Below, in pieces: positions 1-9,500 of a stretch of 64,000 nt of DNA (its first letter is position 1; each line of letters begins with the position of its first letter). This DNA is from Minisyncoccota bacterium (GTDB taxonomy: Bacteria > Patescibacteriota > Minisyncoccia > Phycocordibacterales > UBA9973). Location: positions 2,032-66,031 of the forward strand of contig JBAYUN010000004.1 in assembly GCA_041675085.1 (NCBI GenBank), given 5' to 3'. The position numbers and the translations under genes are program-made. Under the pieces are notes generated by a model that saw only the letters and a list, made by a program, of their open reading frames with translations, was not told where the DNA came from and did no database searches.

Positions 1-178
1 ACGCTCTCTAACGAAATGTTAGAATTATCTCGGTTTACGAGATAGGGTTTCCCCATTCGGAAATCTCCGGATCAAAGGTTGCTTTGCACCTCCCCGAAGC
101 TTATCGCAACAACGCTACGTCCTTCATCGCTACTTTTAGTCTAGGCATCCACCGTGTGCCCTTAAATTTCCTGTTAAG
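1..178 (-). rRNA. rrl: 23S rRNA, 5' terminal about 178 nt (gene continues beyond the left edge)
   Basis: The reverse complement matches the conserved 23S 5' domain (..ACACGGTGGATGCC.., GCGATGAAGGACGT, GCGATAAGC, ATTTCCGAATGGGGAAACCC). Confidence 0.85.
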
Positions 179-417
179 AAATTTATAAACCACAAATTTT
201 ATTTACTACAATCATAAATAAAATATCAAACACTTTCTTTTTATATATTTTATAAAATTAAAAATTAAATAAATATAAACAACTTGACCGCTCAAGTCTC
301 AGAAAGTTTGCTCCTGTTTATAGAAAGACCCTAATATACTTTGTAGTATATCAGACGACTATAACAGGAATTAAGTTTTCAAATTTCAATCGTTCGGAAG
401 GCCTCTAAGCCAAATAA

Positions 418-446
418 AAAACCGCTTTGTGCGGTTTACAGACAAA
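418..446 (-). terminator. Hairpin (accgc tttgtg cggt) plus T-run on the minus strand
   Basis: An inverted repeat is followed by a T-run when read on the minus strand, between the membrane-protein gene and the 23S 5' flank. Confidence 0.4.
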
Positions 447-530
447 ATAAAGTGTCTATAACTACCGCCACCTTTTTAAACTGTTTTTTATAATTTTCAT
501 ACTGATAAAAGGAGTATATACCAAACGAAA

Positions 531-562
531 AAGGATGTCAACTAGTGACATCCTTTTATCTA
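531..562 (-). terminator. Rho-independent terminator downstream of the 580..1272 gene
   Basis: ggatgtcaactagtgacatcc is a perfect hairpin flanked by A- and T-runs. Confidence 0.55.
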
Positions 563-579
563 AATAACCTATAAATAAC

Positions 580-1272
580 TTACTTTTGATTTACTTCTTC
601 ACTGATTTTTGAAATCAATTTTGAAGCATGATCTTTACCTCCAAGACCGAAAGCTATAGCTCCTGCAATAGCCAACATTGCGATGATTCCTGTGAAAAGA
701 ATTTGCATATATGCTGAGTTTACTCCCAATTGTTCTAGTGCTACGATAAAAGCAAAAGTCCAGACTGCATATTTTGCTACAGTCGCAAGCATATGAGATG
801 AAGACAAACTTAAAGTTTTTGCACCAGCTAAAACAGCTCTTGATATAGCATCAGAAACAATAGTAGCGATGATCAAAACAAAAGCTGCTACGATAACTCT
901 AGGTAAGAAAGTTAATACATCATATCTTAAGAAATCTCCGATTGATTCTAAACCAACCAAAGCCAAAGAAGGTAAGATAAAAATAATCAACACAAACCAT
1001 CTCATGATTTGTCCGATAAAATATCCTGTGTCCAAAGACAAACCAGCTTTATTTAAAACTTCAGACGCACCTGCTTTATTGAAAAGCTTGTCTACATTTA
1101 ATGCTTTGAAAACTTGTTCGAAAGCTTTTGCAATAATCGAACTAATAACCCAACCTAAAATAAAAAGAATAATTGCAAGGATAAGCTTTGGAGCAAATTG
1201 AATAAATCCCCACCATAATTCTTGTAGTGAAGAATTAAAAACCTCACCCCATGTATACCAAATGTTATTCAT
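580..1272 (-). CDS. Polytopic inner-membrane protein (conserved-TM-helix / small MscS-like family, tentative)
   Basis: 230-aa ORF with several hydrophobic helices; no catalytic motif was recognised. Confidence 0.55.
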   Translation of the reverse strand: MNNIWYTWGEVFNSSLQELWWGFIQFAPKLILAIILFILGWVISSIIAKAFEQVFKALNVDKLFNKAGASEVLNKAGLSLDTGYFIGQIMRWFVLIIFILPSLALVGLESIGDFLRYDVLTFLPRVIVAAFVLIIATIVSDAISRAVLAGAKTLSLSSSHMLATVAKYAVWTFAFIVALEQLGVNSAYMQILFTGIIAMLAIAGAIAFGLGGKDHASKLISKISEEVNQK

Positions 1273-1427
1273 AAAAAATAATTTTTAAACTAATAATAAT
1301 TTCCGCCAAGGGCGGATCAGCCTATGGCTGAAATAATAAAACTTTAAAAGTTCGACCTTAGAAAGCTTATTAGTATTATAACAACTTTTAACCCTTTTTT
1401 TAAGACTTATGTGGATAACTTTGAGTA

Positions 1428-3389
1428 TTATTTATTCAAAATAACACGTGATTGAGGTCCTAGTATACCGTCAGCTTTTAGTCCGTTGTCCGCTTGGAAT
1501 TTCTTTAATGCTACTAGAGTATTGTAGCCAAATTGATTCACCTCTCTGCCCCCTTCTGTGCCAGATACGTTGTAACCTTTTTGATTAAGTTTTTGTTGCA
1601 AACATTTTACTTCATTTGAGTTCTTGCCTTTTAGTAAAGTCCTACTGATTGTACAAATATTTGAATTCTTAGAAATACTAGCTCCCAAGACTTGCCCTCC
1701 TACACATTCTGTACTCATTGAAGTTCTCGGGTAAGAACCAGTATTACCTGCTGCCTTCCAAGAGCTAATAGTTTCGGTCTTGTAGTCTCTAGTACTCGTA
1801 GCACTCGGATACCATTTTTGACAATAAGTTAATGGGTCGATATTGGCACCACTACTACCGTCTGGATCTGTTTGCCAAGTGCCAGATGAATCTGTATGTT
1901 GATTTACTTTACCATACCAAAATGAAATGCGTGGAGTTGTATCGACTGATGGAGTTGTAGGTTCTGCTGGGACCACAGGGTCAGGTGTGACAGGATCTGG
2001 AGTGACTGGGTCGGGAGTAGTCGGAGTTGTCGGTTCTGTTGGAGTGGTAGGTGTAGTTGGAGTCTCTACTGGTGTAGTAGGGGTGACTGGATTTACTGGT
2101 GTAACAGGATTTGTGCCTGGGTCTATGACCGGAGTCTCAGGATTTTCTCCTTTTTTATTGATAGTGAAAAAATCTTTTGAAAAATCTTCAGCTTTTTTAT
2201 CATAAGACTCTGGGCCTAGATGGATTTTAAAATTTTTACCAAATACTATGTCTGGGAAGGAGCCCACAGCTAGAGAAATTTTCTCTTCTCCATCATTCGG
2301 GGTACCCTTCACCAAAATAACAATATATTCTTTTTGATTATTTTTATATATTAAAGATATATTTATTTTTTTATCAGCTGAAGCTTTATTATTTTTCCAA
2401 GTTACTAAAATACTTTCATCTAGATTATAAACTTCTCCACCATTAGGTGAAGTAATTTTAAAGAAGTAAGAATTATTTTCATCTTCATCTATACCAGCTT
2501 GAATACATAAATAAGACAACTTTGTAGAAGTGTGATTATTAAAATTGTATCTCTCATGCCAAGTACTAATAGTCTCTAATTTGTATTCTTTGATGCCAAT
2601 AGTTTTTGGATACCATTTTTTACAATAAGTTAGATAATCTAAATTCGCACCAGAGATACCGTCGGGATCTGTTTCCCATTTACCATTGGTTGTATTAATA
2701 TGTTGATTTACTTTCCCCCACCAAAACATAACTCTAGGTAATAAATCATCACTACCTGGTTTGTCTTCTCCTTTCTTTTCTTCCACGATAGCATCATCTG
2801 ATTTTTTGTCTTCTGTTTTTACCTCTGTGGTTTTTGCCTCTTCTTTGACCTCGGTTTTCACTTCACTTACTACTTCTTTTTGAACTTCTTCTTTAGCTTC
2901 ATCTTTCTTCGATTCTGTTGCATTTTCTGAATTTTCTATTTTTTTATCTTCTTCTTTAATTTCTGTTTTTTCTACATCTTTGACTTCGTTGGACTGAGTC
3001 TCAGAAACAACACTTTCTTCTTTTTGGACTTCTTCTGTACAAGTTAATTTATTGATAGTCTCGCGAGTAAGTGGACCCACGAAGCCAGCAGAGACTAGAT
3101 TGTTGTCTCTTTGAAAAGTCCTAACAGCTCCTAAAGTCTGCTCTCCAAAGTATCCATTTGGTTCTGCTTTTAGATAACCTTTTTCTTTTAAGAAATTCTG
3201 CAACAACAAAACATCTCTTGTATTAGACGCTCTGTCAGAAGCACGATATCTCAAACTCTTATTAATAGAAACACAAACAGCAGAATTCTCTGTGTTTTGA
3301 ATTTGCTCTATTTCAGCATTTTGAGCAAAAGAAAAAATAGGGCTAATTATAAAAGTTAAAACCAATACAAGCTTTATGATTTTTTGCAT
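1428..3389 (-). CDS. Secreted cell-wall-associated protein: signal peptide, N- and C-terminal PG_binding_1 domains, Glu/Lys-rich and Pro/Thr-rich linkers, two copies of the YWWGKVNQH..LTYCKKWYP domain
   Basis: 653-aa ORF with PG-binding motifs (LQNFLKEKGY..FG..T..AV..FQ, and C-terminal VKCLQQKLNQKGY..DGILGP). The repeated modules are PRVMFWWGKVNQH.. and PRISFWYGKVNQH... Confidence 0.8.
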   Translation of the reverse strand: MQKIIKLVLVLTFIISPIFSFAQNAEIEQIQNTENSAVCVSINKSLRYRASDRASNTRDVLLLQNFLKEKGYLKAEPNGYFGEQTLGAVRTFQRDNNLVSAGFVGPLTRETINKLTCTEEVQKEESVVSETQSNEVKDVEKTEIKEEDKKIENSENATESKKDEAKEEVQKEVVSEVKTEVKEEAKTTEVKTEDKKSDDAIVEEKKGEDKPGSDDLLPRVMFWWGKVNQHINTTNGKWETDPDGISGANLDYLTYCKKWYPKTIGIKEYKLETISTWHERYNFNNHTSTKLSYLCIQAGIDEDENNSYFFKITSPNGGEVYNLDESILVTWKNNKASADKKINISLIYKNNQKEYIVILVKGTPNDGEEKISLAVGSFPDIVFGKNFKIHLGPESYDKKAEDFSKDFFTINKKGENPETPVIDPGTNPVTPVNPVTPTTPVETPTTPTTPTEPTTPTTPDPVTPDPVTPDPVVPAEPTTPSVDTTPRISFWYGKVNQHTDSSGTWQTDPDGSSGANIDPLTYCQKWYPSATSTRDYKTETISSWKAAGNTGSYPRTSMSTECVGGQVLGASISKNSNICTISRTLLKGKNSNEVKCLQQKLNQKGYNVSGTEGGREVNQFGYNTLVALKKFQADNGLKADGILGPQSRVILNK

Positions 3390-3409
3390 AAAGATATTAT
3401 ATCAGTTAT

Positions 3410-3991
3410 TTATATCTTTTTTAGTGTTTGTGTGGATAAGTCTTTTGCTTGGATTATGATTTTATGAGGAAAATCCAATATATCTCGGACTAGCTTGTCA
3501 TACATACTCAATCTGTATATAAATTCTTTGTATTCAAAGATAGCATAAGTGATCTCTATACCTATCTCAGCTTCGAGCTTCTTTACACCTTCTTCTATTT
3601 TAGATCTGCGCATCTTGTCCCCTACTATTAATAAGTCTATCCTAGAATCTTTATTTTTAATAAAAACACCAGAGACTAAAAGTAATTTTATCTTGCCAAC
3701 TTTTTTAAATAATAAAGGTATAGTATCAGTATTCAAACTATCAGAACTCACCAATAGAGATTCAAATTCTTTTTCATATTTAAAAGTAGAATTGAAATAA
3801 TATCCGGATTGACGCTTTTTAATAAAATCTACACTAGATAATAATTTTAATTCTTTACGAATTGCTGGTGCCTTAACTAGACTTCTTTTTTCGATTTCTT
3901 TGATATCAAATATCTTGCCTTTATTCAACAAGAAGAGTCTCATTATTTTTATACGAGCTGGGCTACCCAATAATTTACCAAGAATTTCCAT
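3410..3991 (-). CDS. Winged-helix (ArsR-like) putative transcriptional regulator; the ORF extends to 4042 but the likely start is the Met at 3991
   Basis: The N-terminus reads GSPARIKIMRLFLL.. as a winged helix-turn-helix. The product call is tentative. Confidence 0.45.
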   Translation of the reverse strand: MEILGKLLGSPARIKIMRLFLLNKGKIFDIKEIEKRSLVKAPAIRKELKLLSSVDFIKKRQSGYYFNSTFKYEKEFESLLVSSDSLNTDTIPLLFKKVGKIKLLLVSGVFIKNKDSRIDLLIVGDKMRRSKIEEGVKKLEAEIGIEITYAIFEYKEFIYRLSMYDKLVRDILDFPHKIIIQAKDLSTQTLKKI

Positions 3992-4032
3992 GACGGGATT
4001 ATACTCTTTTTTGAAGCAAAAGACAAACAAAA

Positions 4033-4060
4033 AGCCCGGCAAGACTAGTCTTGCCGGGCT
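4033..4060 (-). terminator. Bidirectional terminator downstream of rplL
   Basis: agcccggcaagactagtcttgccgggct is a perfect 11-bp stem with T-runs on both sides. Confidence 0.6.
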
Positions 4061-4083
4061 TTTCCAAATAAGCTTTTTATAGA

Positions 4084-4452
4084 TTATTTTAATTCAACTT
4101 TAGCACCTGCGTCTTCAAGTTGTTTCTTAAGAGCTTCTGCTTCAGCTTTCTTCATACCTTCTTTTAGGTTTGCTGGAGCACCGTCTACTAAGTCCTTAGC
4201 TTCTTTAAGACCAAGTCCTAAAGCTTCTTTAACAACTTTCATAACAGCGATTTTTTGTTCACCTGCACCTGCTAATACTACAGTGAAAGAATCTTTTTCT
4301 TCACCTGCGTCTGCAGCGCCTGCAGCTGGACCAGCACTTGCTACAGCAGCTGCTGAAACTCCAAATTTTTCTTCTATTGCCTTAACGAGTTCGTTCAATT
4401 CAAGAACTGTTGCTCCATCAAGGTCTTTTAAAAATGCATCAAATTTTGACAT
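4084..4452 (-). CDS. rplL: 50S ribosomal protein L7/L12
   Basis: Ala-rich hinge and a C-terminal domain ([27 protein letters not shown]..). Confidence 0.95.
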   Translation of the reverse strand: MSKFDAFLKDLDGATVLELNELVKAIEEKFGVSAAAVASAGPAAGAADAGEEKDSFTVVLAGAGEQKIAVMKVVKEALGLGLKEAKDLVDGAPANLKEGMKKAEAEALKKQLEDAGAKVELK

Positions 4453-4464
4453 ATGTTTTTTCTG

Positions 4465-4540
4465 TGTGAAATAAAATAAATTTTACTAGAGCCTTACCTT
4501 TATGACTTAACGAAGTAAAATTTGATTTTATTTCACGTTA
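4465..4540 (-). promoter_or_regulatory. Large imperfect stem-loop (about 22-bp stem, 28-nt loop) plus a roughly 45-bp direct duplication in the 182-bp rplJ-rplL spacer
   Basis: gtgaaataaaataaattttact .. agtaaaatttgattttatttcac. The unit ctagagcMttaMcttt..acttaacg occurs twice. Confidence 0.35.
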
Positions 4541-4634
4541 TATTTTTTTATAAATAAATTTTTCTAGAGCATTAACTTTTTAACTTAACGCAGAAAGATT
4601 TTATTTATAAAAAACATTAATTAAAACTAATAAT

Positions 4635-5114
4635 TTATTTTGTTTTAGCTACTTCATTAACTGCAATAGCCAAACGTTGCATCGGAGATTGCAATAAGAA
4701 TGCAACCTTTGAAAGCAACACTTCGCGACTAGGAATAGTAGCGATTTCTTTCATATATACTCCGTCCACAAATTTACCACCAAAGATACCACCTAAAATA
4801 TTTAGAGGAACTTTGTAAGTTTTTTGGAAATTGTATATTTCACGAGCTGGAGCTAATTCATCATCTGCATAAGCCATAGCGACTTCACCATTTAATTCTG
4901 GTAATTCACCAGTAGCCTTGCCGTCCAATGCACGCTTCAATAAAGTCTTGCGACTTATTTTGTAGCTCACTCCACTCTTTCTCAAGTCTTGACGCAAGAG
5001 AGTTTCGTCTCCTACTTTCAATCCATGGAAGTTTACGAAAACTACAGATTTACTATTAATAACTGCAGTCTCTAAACCTTTTATCATTTCTTCTTTTGTT
5101 GATTTTTTTAACAT
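4635..5114 (-). CDS. rplJ: 50S ribosomal protein L10
   Basis: Typical L10 sequence, lying upstream of rplL. Confidence 0.9.
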   Translation of the reverse strand: MLKKSTKEEMIKGLETAVINSKSVVFVNFHGLKVGDETLLRQDLRKSGVSYKISRKTLLKRALDGKATGELPELNGEVAMAYADDELAPAREIYNFQKTYKVPLNILGGIFGGKFVDGVYMKEIATIPSREVLLSKVAFLLQSPMQRLAIAVNEVAKTK

Positions 5115-5142
5115 ATTTTTTTACCAATTAATATTGGAAATT

Positions 5143-5166
5143 AAAAAACGGCTTTATTAAGCCGCA
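5143..5166 (-). promoter_or_regulatory. Leader hairpin plus T-run about 30 nt upstream of the rplJ start, consistent with an L10-leader attenuator
   Basis: cggcttaataaagccg is followed by TTTTTT on the minus strand. Autoregulatory attenuation of the L10 leader is established in other bacteria. Confidence 0.4.
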
Positions 5167-5276
5167 AGATTTTCTCCTTTATATATCTAAAATACATAAA
5201 GAATATCGACCCACTCAATAGGACTTATGGACGCCTATCGTCTTTGCGGTAACAGATATAATATAACATATTTTCT

Positions 5277-5426
5277 TTAATTTGCAAATGAAGGATTATT
5301 ATCACTCAATTCTGTACTTGCTGTCTGTTGTTCATCCAAATAACTCACAAGGAAAATGACTCCCAGTCCGAGCACTATCATACCCGTAAATAAAACCAAA
5401 GTTTTCATAAAATGTTTATTAATCAT
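5277..5426 (-). CDS. Small 49-aa single-TM peptide (MINKHFMKTLVLFTGMIVLGLGVIFLVSYLDEQ..); sits where secE would be relative to rplJ, not verified
   Basis: Intact ATG..TAA ORF, absent from the ORF track because it is shorter than 60 aa, with a hydrophobic core. Confidence 0.3.
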   Translation of the reverse strand: MINKHFMKTLVLFTGMIVLGLGVIFLVSYLDEQQTASTELSDNNPSFAN

Positions 5427-5511
5427 AAAGTGATTATACCAAGAATTCTACAATAAATACAAAAACCTCTCCTGTTTAACAAGAGAGGTTTTTGAGTAAA
5501 ATTTTATCCAA

Positions 5512-6006
5512 TTAGCTTTGTAATAAGATAGTAGATACGTTTTGAGATTTATCACAATCCACTAAATAAGTTACAGGTAACTTGCTAGCAGAAAGTTTGA
5601 TAATTTTGAAACCATAAGCTTTGATCGTATAAGTAGAACCGACTTTAACTGTACGTGATACAGGAGCACGGTTGTCTAGCATTATACTTGTGCCATTTTT
5701 GAAAGTCATCTTATCAGGACTTGCTTGGCAAGTTTTATCTAATTGAAGACGAGCATCTTTGTATTTTATTAAAGCTTGCTCATAACTCAAACTAACTGCA
5801 GGTGAAGTAGCTACGTCTTTGTCAGGAGTTGTATCTAATTCCCCTGCTACGTTTTCTTCTACTACAACTTCTTCTTGTACTATATTGTTTTCATTTTCCA
5901 ATACATCATCAGCATCATTTTTTTGTGTCGACATAAAAACAATAACTGCGATAACTACCAACACAATTCCACCTATCATCCAAATATTCTTATTTTTTTC
6001 TTCCAT
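5512..6006 (-). CDS. Membrane-anchored hypothetical protein
   Basis: 164-aa ORF with an N-terminal TM segment. Confidence 0.55.
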   Translation of the reverse strand: MEEKNKNIWMIGGIVLVVIAVIVFMSTQKNDADDVLENENNIVQEEVVVEENVAGELDTTPDKDVATSPAVSLSYEQALIKYKDARLQLDKTCQASPDKMTFKNGTSIMLDNRAPVSRTVKVGSTYTIKAYGFKIIKLSASKLPVTYLVDCDKSQNVSTILLQS

Positions 6007-6090
6007 ATAATTTATTTTTCTAAAAAACTTGATAATATTAATTATAACATTTACAAAATAAATTAGATAGTTTGTCCAGAGCTTTTGTCT

Positions 6091-6501
6091 TTATTTTTTA
6101 AGGGAATGGTAGAGTATCAGAATTACAGAAAAAACAAAATATAGCACAGAGAAATATAAAGCAAATATATCTTTTTCGATTCTAAAGTAAACGTCCCCTC
6201 CGTTCCATGGAGTAATCCATATAATTAAAAAATAAATTATTAAATAAAAAAACAAAGTTTTTATCCAGTATTTAAAAATCTTATTATTTAAAAAAATCAA
6301 AATAAAATTAGGAATTAAAATTGTAACAAATATAAGCAAAAACATTAGCACATAATTCATTGATTGCAAACAAGAACTTTTTTGAATACTACAAATATCC
6401 AACAGGATTGTTTTATTTAAAAATATAAAAAACAAAACAGTCAAAAAAGAGCTAAGCAAAAATAATTTCTTCGCGCTAAACCAATTCAAAATTTTATCCA
6501 T
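6091..6501 (-). CDS. Small polytopic membrane protein
   Basis: 136-aa hydrophobic ORF. Confidence 0.45.
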   Translation of the reverse strand: MDKILNWFSAKKLFLLSSFLTVLFFIFLNKTILLDICSIQKSSCLQSMNYVLMFLLIFVTILIPNFILIFLNNKIFKYWIKTLFFYLIIYFLIIWITPWNGGDVYFRIEKDIFALYFSVLYFVFSVILILYHSLKK

Positions 6502-6505
6502 AAAT

Positions 6506-9500
6506 TTAAATTTTAATAAATCTTTTAATTAAGAAACTGCTCAATAATACTATAAATATAATAACATAAAAAGAAGTATTTTTATTTGTATTTTTTTCTT
6601 TTAAGACATCTACTGATTCCTTCGGGCTATCATCTGCAATCTCTTCTGCTTCTATCTGCACAGCACCTTCACTCTTATTTTCGATCAATACTTTTTCTTC
6701 TTTTTGTATTTTTATATCTTCACTCTGACTAGGTATTTCTGACTCGACTCCTAGAACTATACCGATACTTGGAGTAATATTTTCTGTTTTTGATACTAGC
6801 TCTTTTTTAGCTTCATTATCTTTATTTATCAATATCACTACTCCATGAGAAGACGGAGGAGTAATAGGCTCCGGCGTCGCCACCTTGGGATAAATTGTAT
6901 CTATCGTCCCATCACCGTCTGAATCCACCTTGAGTTCGGCTTTACTAACTTCAAAATCTTCTCCAATATAAAGATACGCCAAAGTCTTATCCGAGCTAGG
7001 TATCATTTCAAAATAATTCTCTTGTATTATATTGTTGCCCTCTTGCCTCTCGACGTCTAAAGTAAAACTACCTTCTTCATAGCCGTCTAATTGCAAAGTG
7101 TACGGAATACCTGCAGGCGCTGAGATGAATTGAACTGTGCCAATCATATCATAATTCACATTAGGTATTTCTTGCTTTATCTCTTTTGTGACGGGATCGA
7201 GTCCTGTATATCTACCCTCTTTATCAAAGATACCCAAGGTTAAAGGTGAGTGTAAGGTGAAATGAAGACGAGCATTACTTGCAACAAAATTCAAATTATC
7301 ATTTTTTAAAACAATCCCTTCGTTGTCAGTGAAAACTTTATCAGTAATTTGCGCCTGAATAAATTGTATTAAATTCTGAATTTCTAAAATATTTTTATGG
7401 TCTCTTCTGGGTCCAGGTAAACTGTTAAAAAGAGGCAAATTAATAACCCACTCCTCCACATTCTCACGATTTTCCATCCACAAAGCACTTGGAAAAGCTA
7501 CTGTCGAATCTCCATCGACCGATACTATCGGTTTATGCGAAACGTATTCTCTACCTAGTCCGAGGAGTTTGCGTTTGATTACATATTTTAATCCTACTTT
7601 TGTTTCTTCGCCCCAACCTGCAACTTCTATGATTTTAGTGTTTGGACTCGGTTGCCAATTGTCTATGACTCCATGAGTTAGTTCTGCTTGAGAATATAAA
7701 TACTCATTTACTATGTTTGGCTTGTCGGTATCACTGACGCTAGGTTTAGCACGCCCGTCACCACCCAAAACAAAATCTTTTAATTCTTCTTTTGTGTTGA
7801 TAGAGCTACCGTATTTAGATATTAAATTTTCTAATAAAGGATGATCTTGGAATGATAGAATTGGATTTTGATCTGTATCTACAGTATTAAAATATCCACT
7901 AGATGGAGCTAGGTTGTATATCGTCGGCATATTCTCTCCGAATTCCCGAGACCGCTCAGAAGGCATCAGTATACCAAAAGGCCCTAAAGGTACGCCATGG
8001 AGCATAGCGATAGTCGCCTCTGGTGTGCCGACTTGAGGCACAGCTATAAAAATTATTTTTTCTATTTGGTTGTAGAGTGGATCATTTGTATCTTTTAATT
8101 TCTGAACCAAGGCTTTGATAACGAGTCCTCCGGTACTGTGGGCTATAAGAGTGACTTTGCCTGTCCTAGAAGTTCTCTGTAATTCACGCAACTCACTCAC
8201 AATAAATGATTCAGAAAAATCGCCACTATTTAAATATGACAAATTCTCTCCGATAACTTTCCCGTTTATAATAATATCTTCTAAAGAAAGTCTCCAATCA
8301 TAAGGAATCAGAGCATAGTCTTCAATCAAACTCAATTCAGTATTTTTCAAATTTCTTAAATCCGCAATAAATGATTTATAAATATTCACAGTCAAAGCTT
8401 CGTCAATAACTCCGAGCTCTCCGCCGTCCCCTTCTACACTCTCAGTATCATTTTTTGTATAAACATTATTTTTACTTTTCCCAAATTCATCTAAGAACAT
8501 AAACTCTTGCAAAACTTTATGTGGTGAAACCCAAAGTTGTTGCTCTCCACAGAACATAGGATCCCTAGGCGTAACCGAACTACAATCAAAAACTTCACCA
8601 TACATTCTAGAACCTTGCACTCCCGGGAAAAACATAACATTAGAATTACAATTTTTTACACACTCTTCTACTGGTGGCCAGCTAGGTAGCCAAGGTTCAA
8701 AAAGGATATGTTCACTCACAGAGTCGCCAAGCCCATTAGGATTTAAATCCACATGATACGGCCCAGTAGCGTCACCCCAATAATTATTGTTAAAATCTAA
8801 ATCTACGTCTCTAAATGTAAAAGCTCCCGATAGAATATTGTTATGTATATTACTTTTATTTGCTGAGAATACTGAGTCGTAAACAACAAAACCATATAAG
8901 TTATCAGTGATCTCGCTATCAGTTATTTTTACAAAACTATCTCCAAAATTATTAAAAACAATAAACCCAGAATCCATAGCCCCAAAGACTTTTACTTTTT
9001 TAAAATTAGCCTGTACGTTGTTGAATAAAGACATACCATAAACACCACAATTCACAGACCCAGTATTAAAATCCACCGCAGAATTATTGTAAACAGAAAT
9101 CCCAGTATTATCACAAGATATCTCAGAATTCAACATATTAAGATGAGAATCATTATAAACTAAAAATCCACCACGACTACCACTTAGGCTCCCGTCTTTG
9201 AAATTCAAATTACTATTACCAAATACAGATATGCCAGAATTAGATTGATCAAGACTCAGGATATCTACATTAGTGAATGATGCTGAAGCATTATTATAAA
9301 TATTTACAATAGAATCTTGATTAAGACTCTCAACTTTAGAATTTTTTAATATTAAATTGCTGTAATCCTGGACTTCTATTTTTGCCTCGCCCGAGAAAAG
9401 AGAGTCATTTATCTCAACCATACTAGAGTCGTACAAATACAAACTCGTCGCTTTTAAATCTGCAAATTCTGAATTAGTTTCAAAAAATAAAATATCATTA

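Noticed and set aside
869-2205. Plus-strand ORFs 869..1201 and 1927..2205 (the latter a Gly/Val/Thr-rich repeat)
   Set aside because: They are antisense to the membrane-protein gene and to the Pro/Thr-rich linker of the surface protein. The repeat-like translation mirrors the Pro-Thr repeats on the coding strand.
3549-4082. Plus-strand ORFs 3549..3800 and 3900..4082
   Set aside because: They are antisense to the winged-helix gene and span a terminator. They have no start context or motifs.
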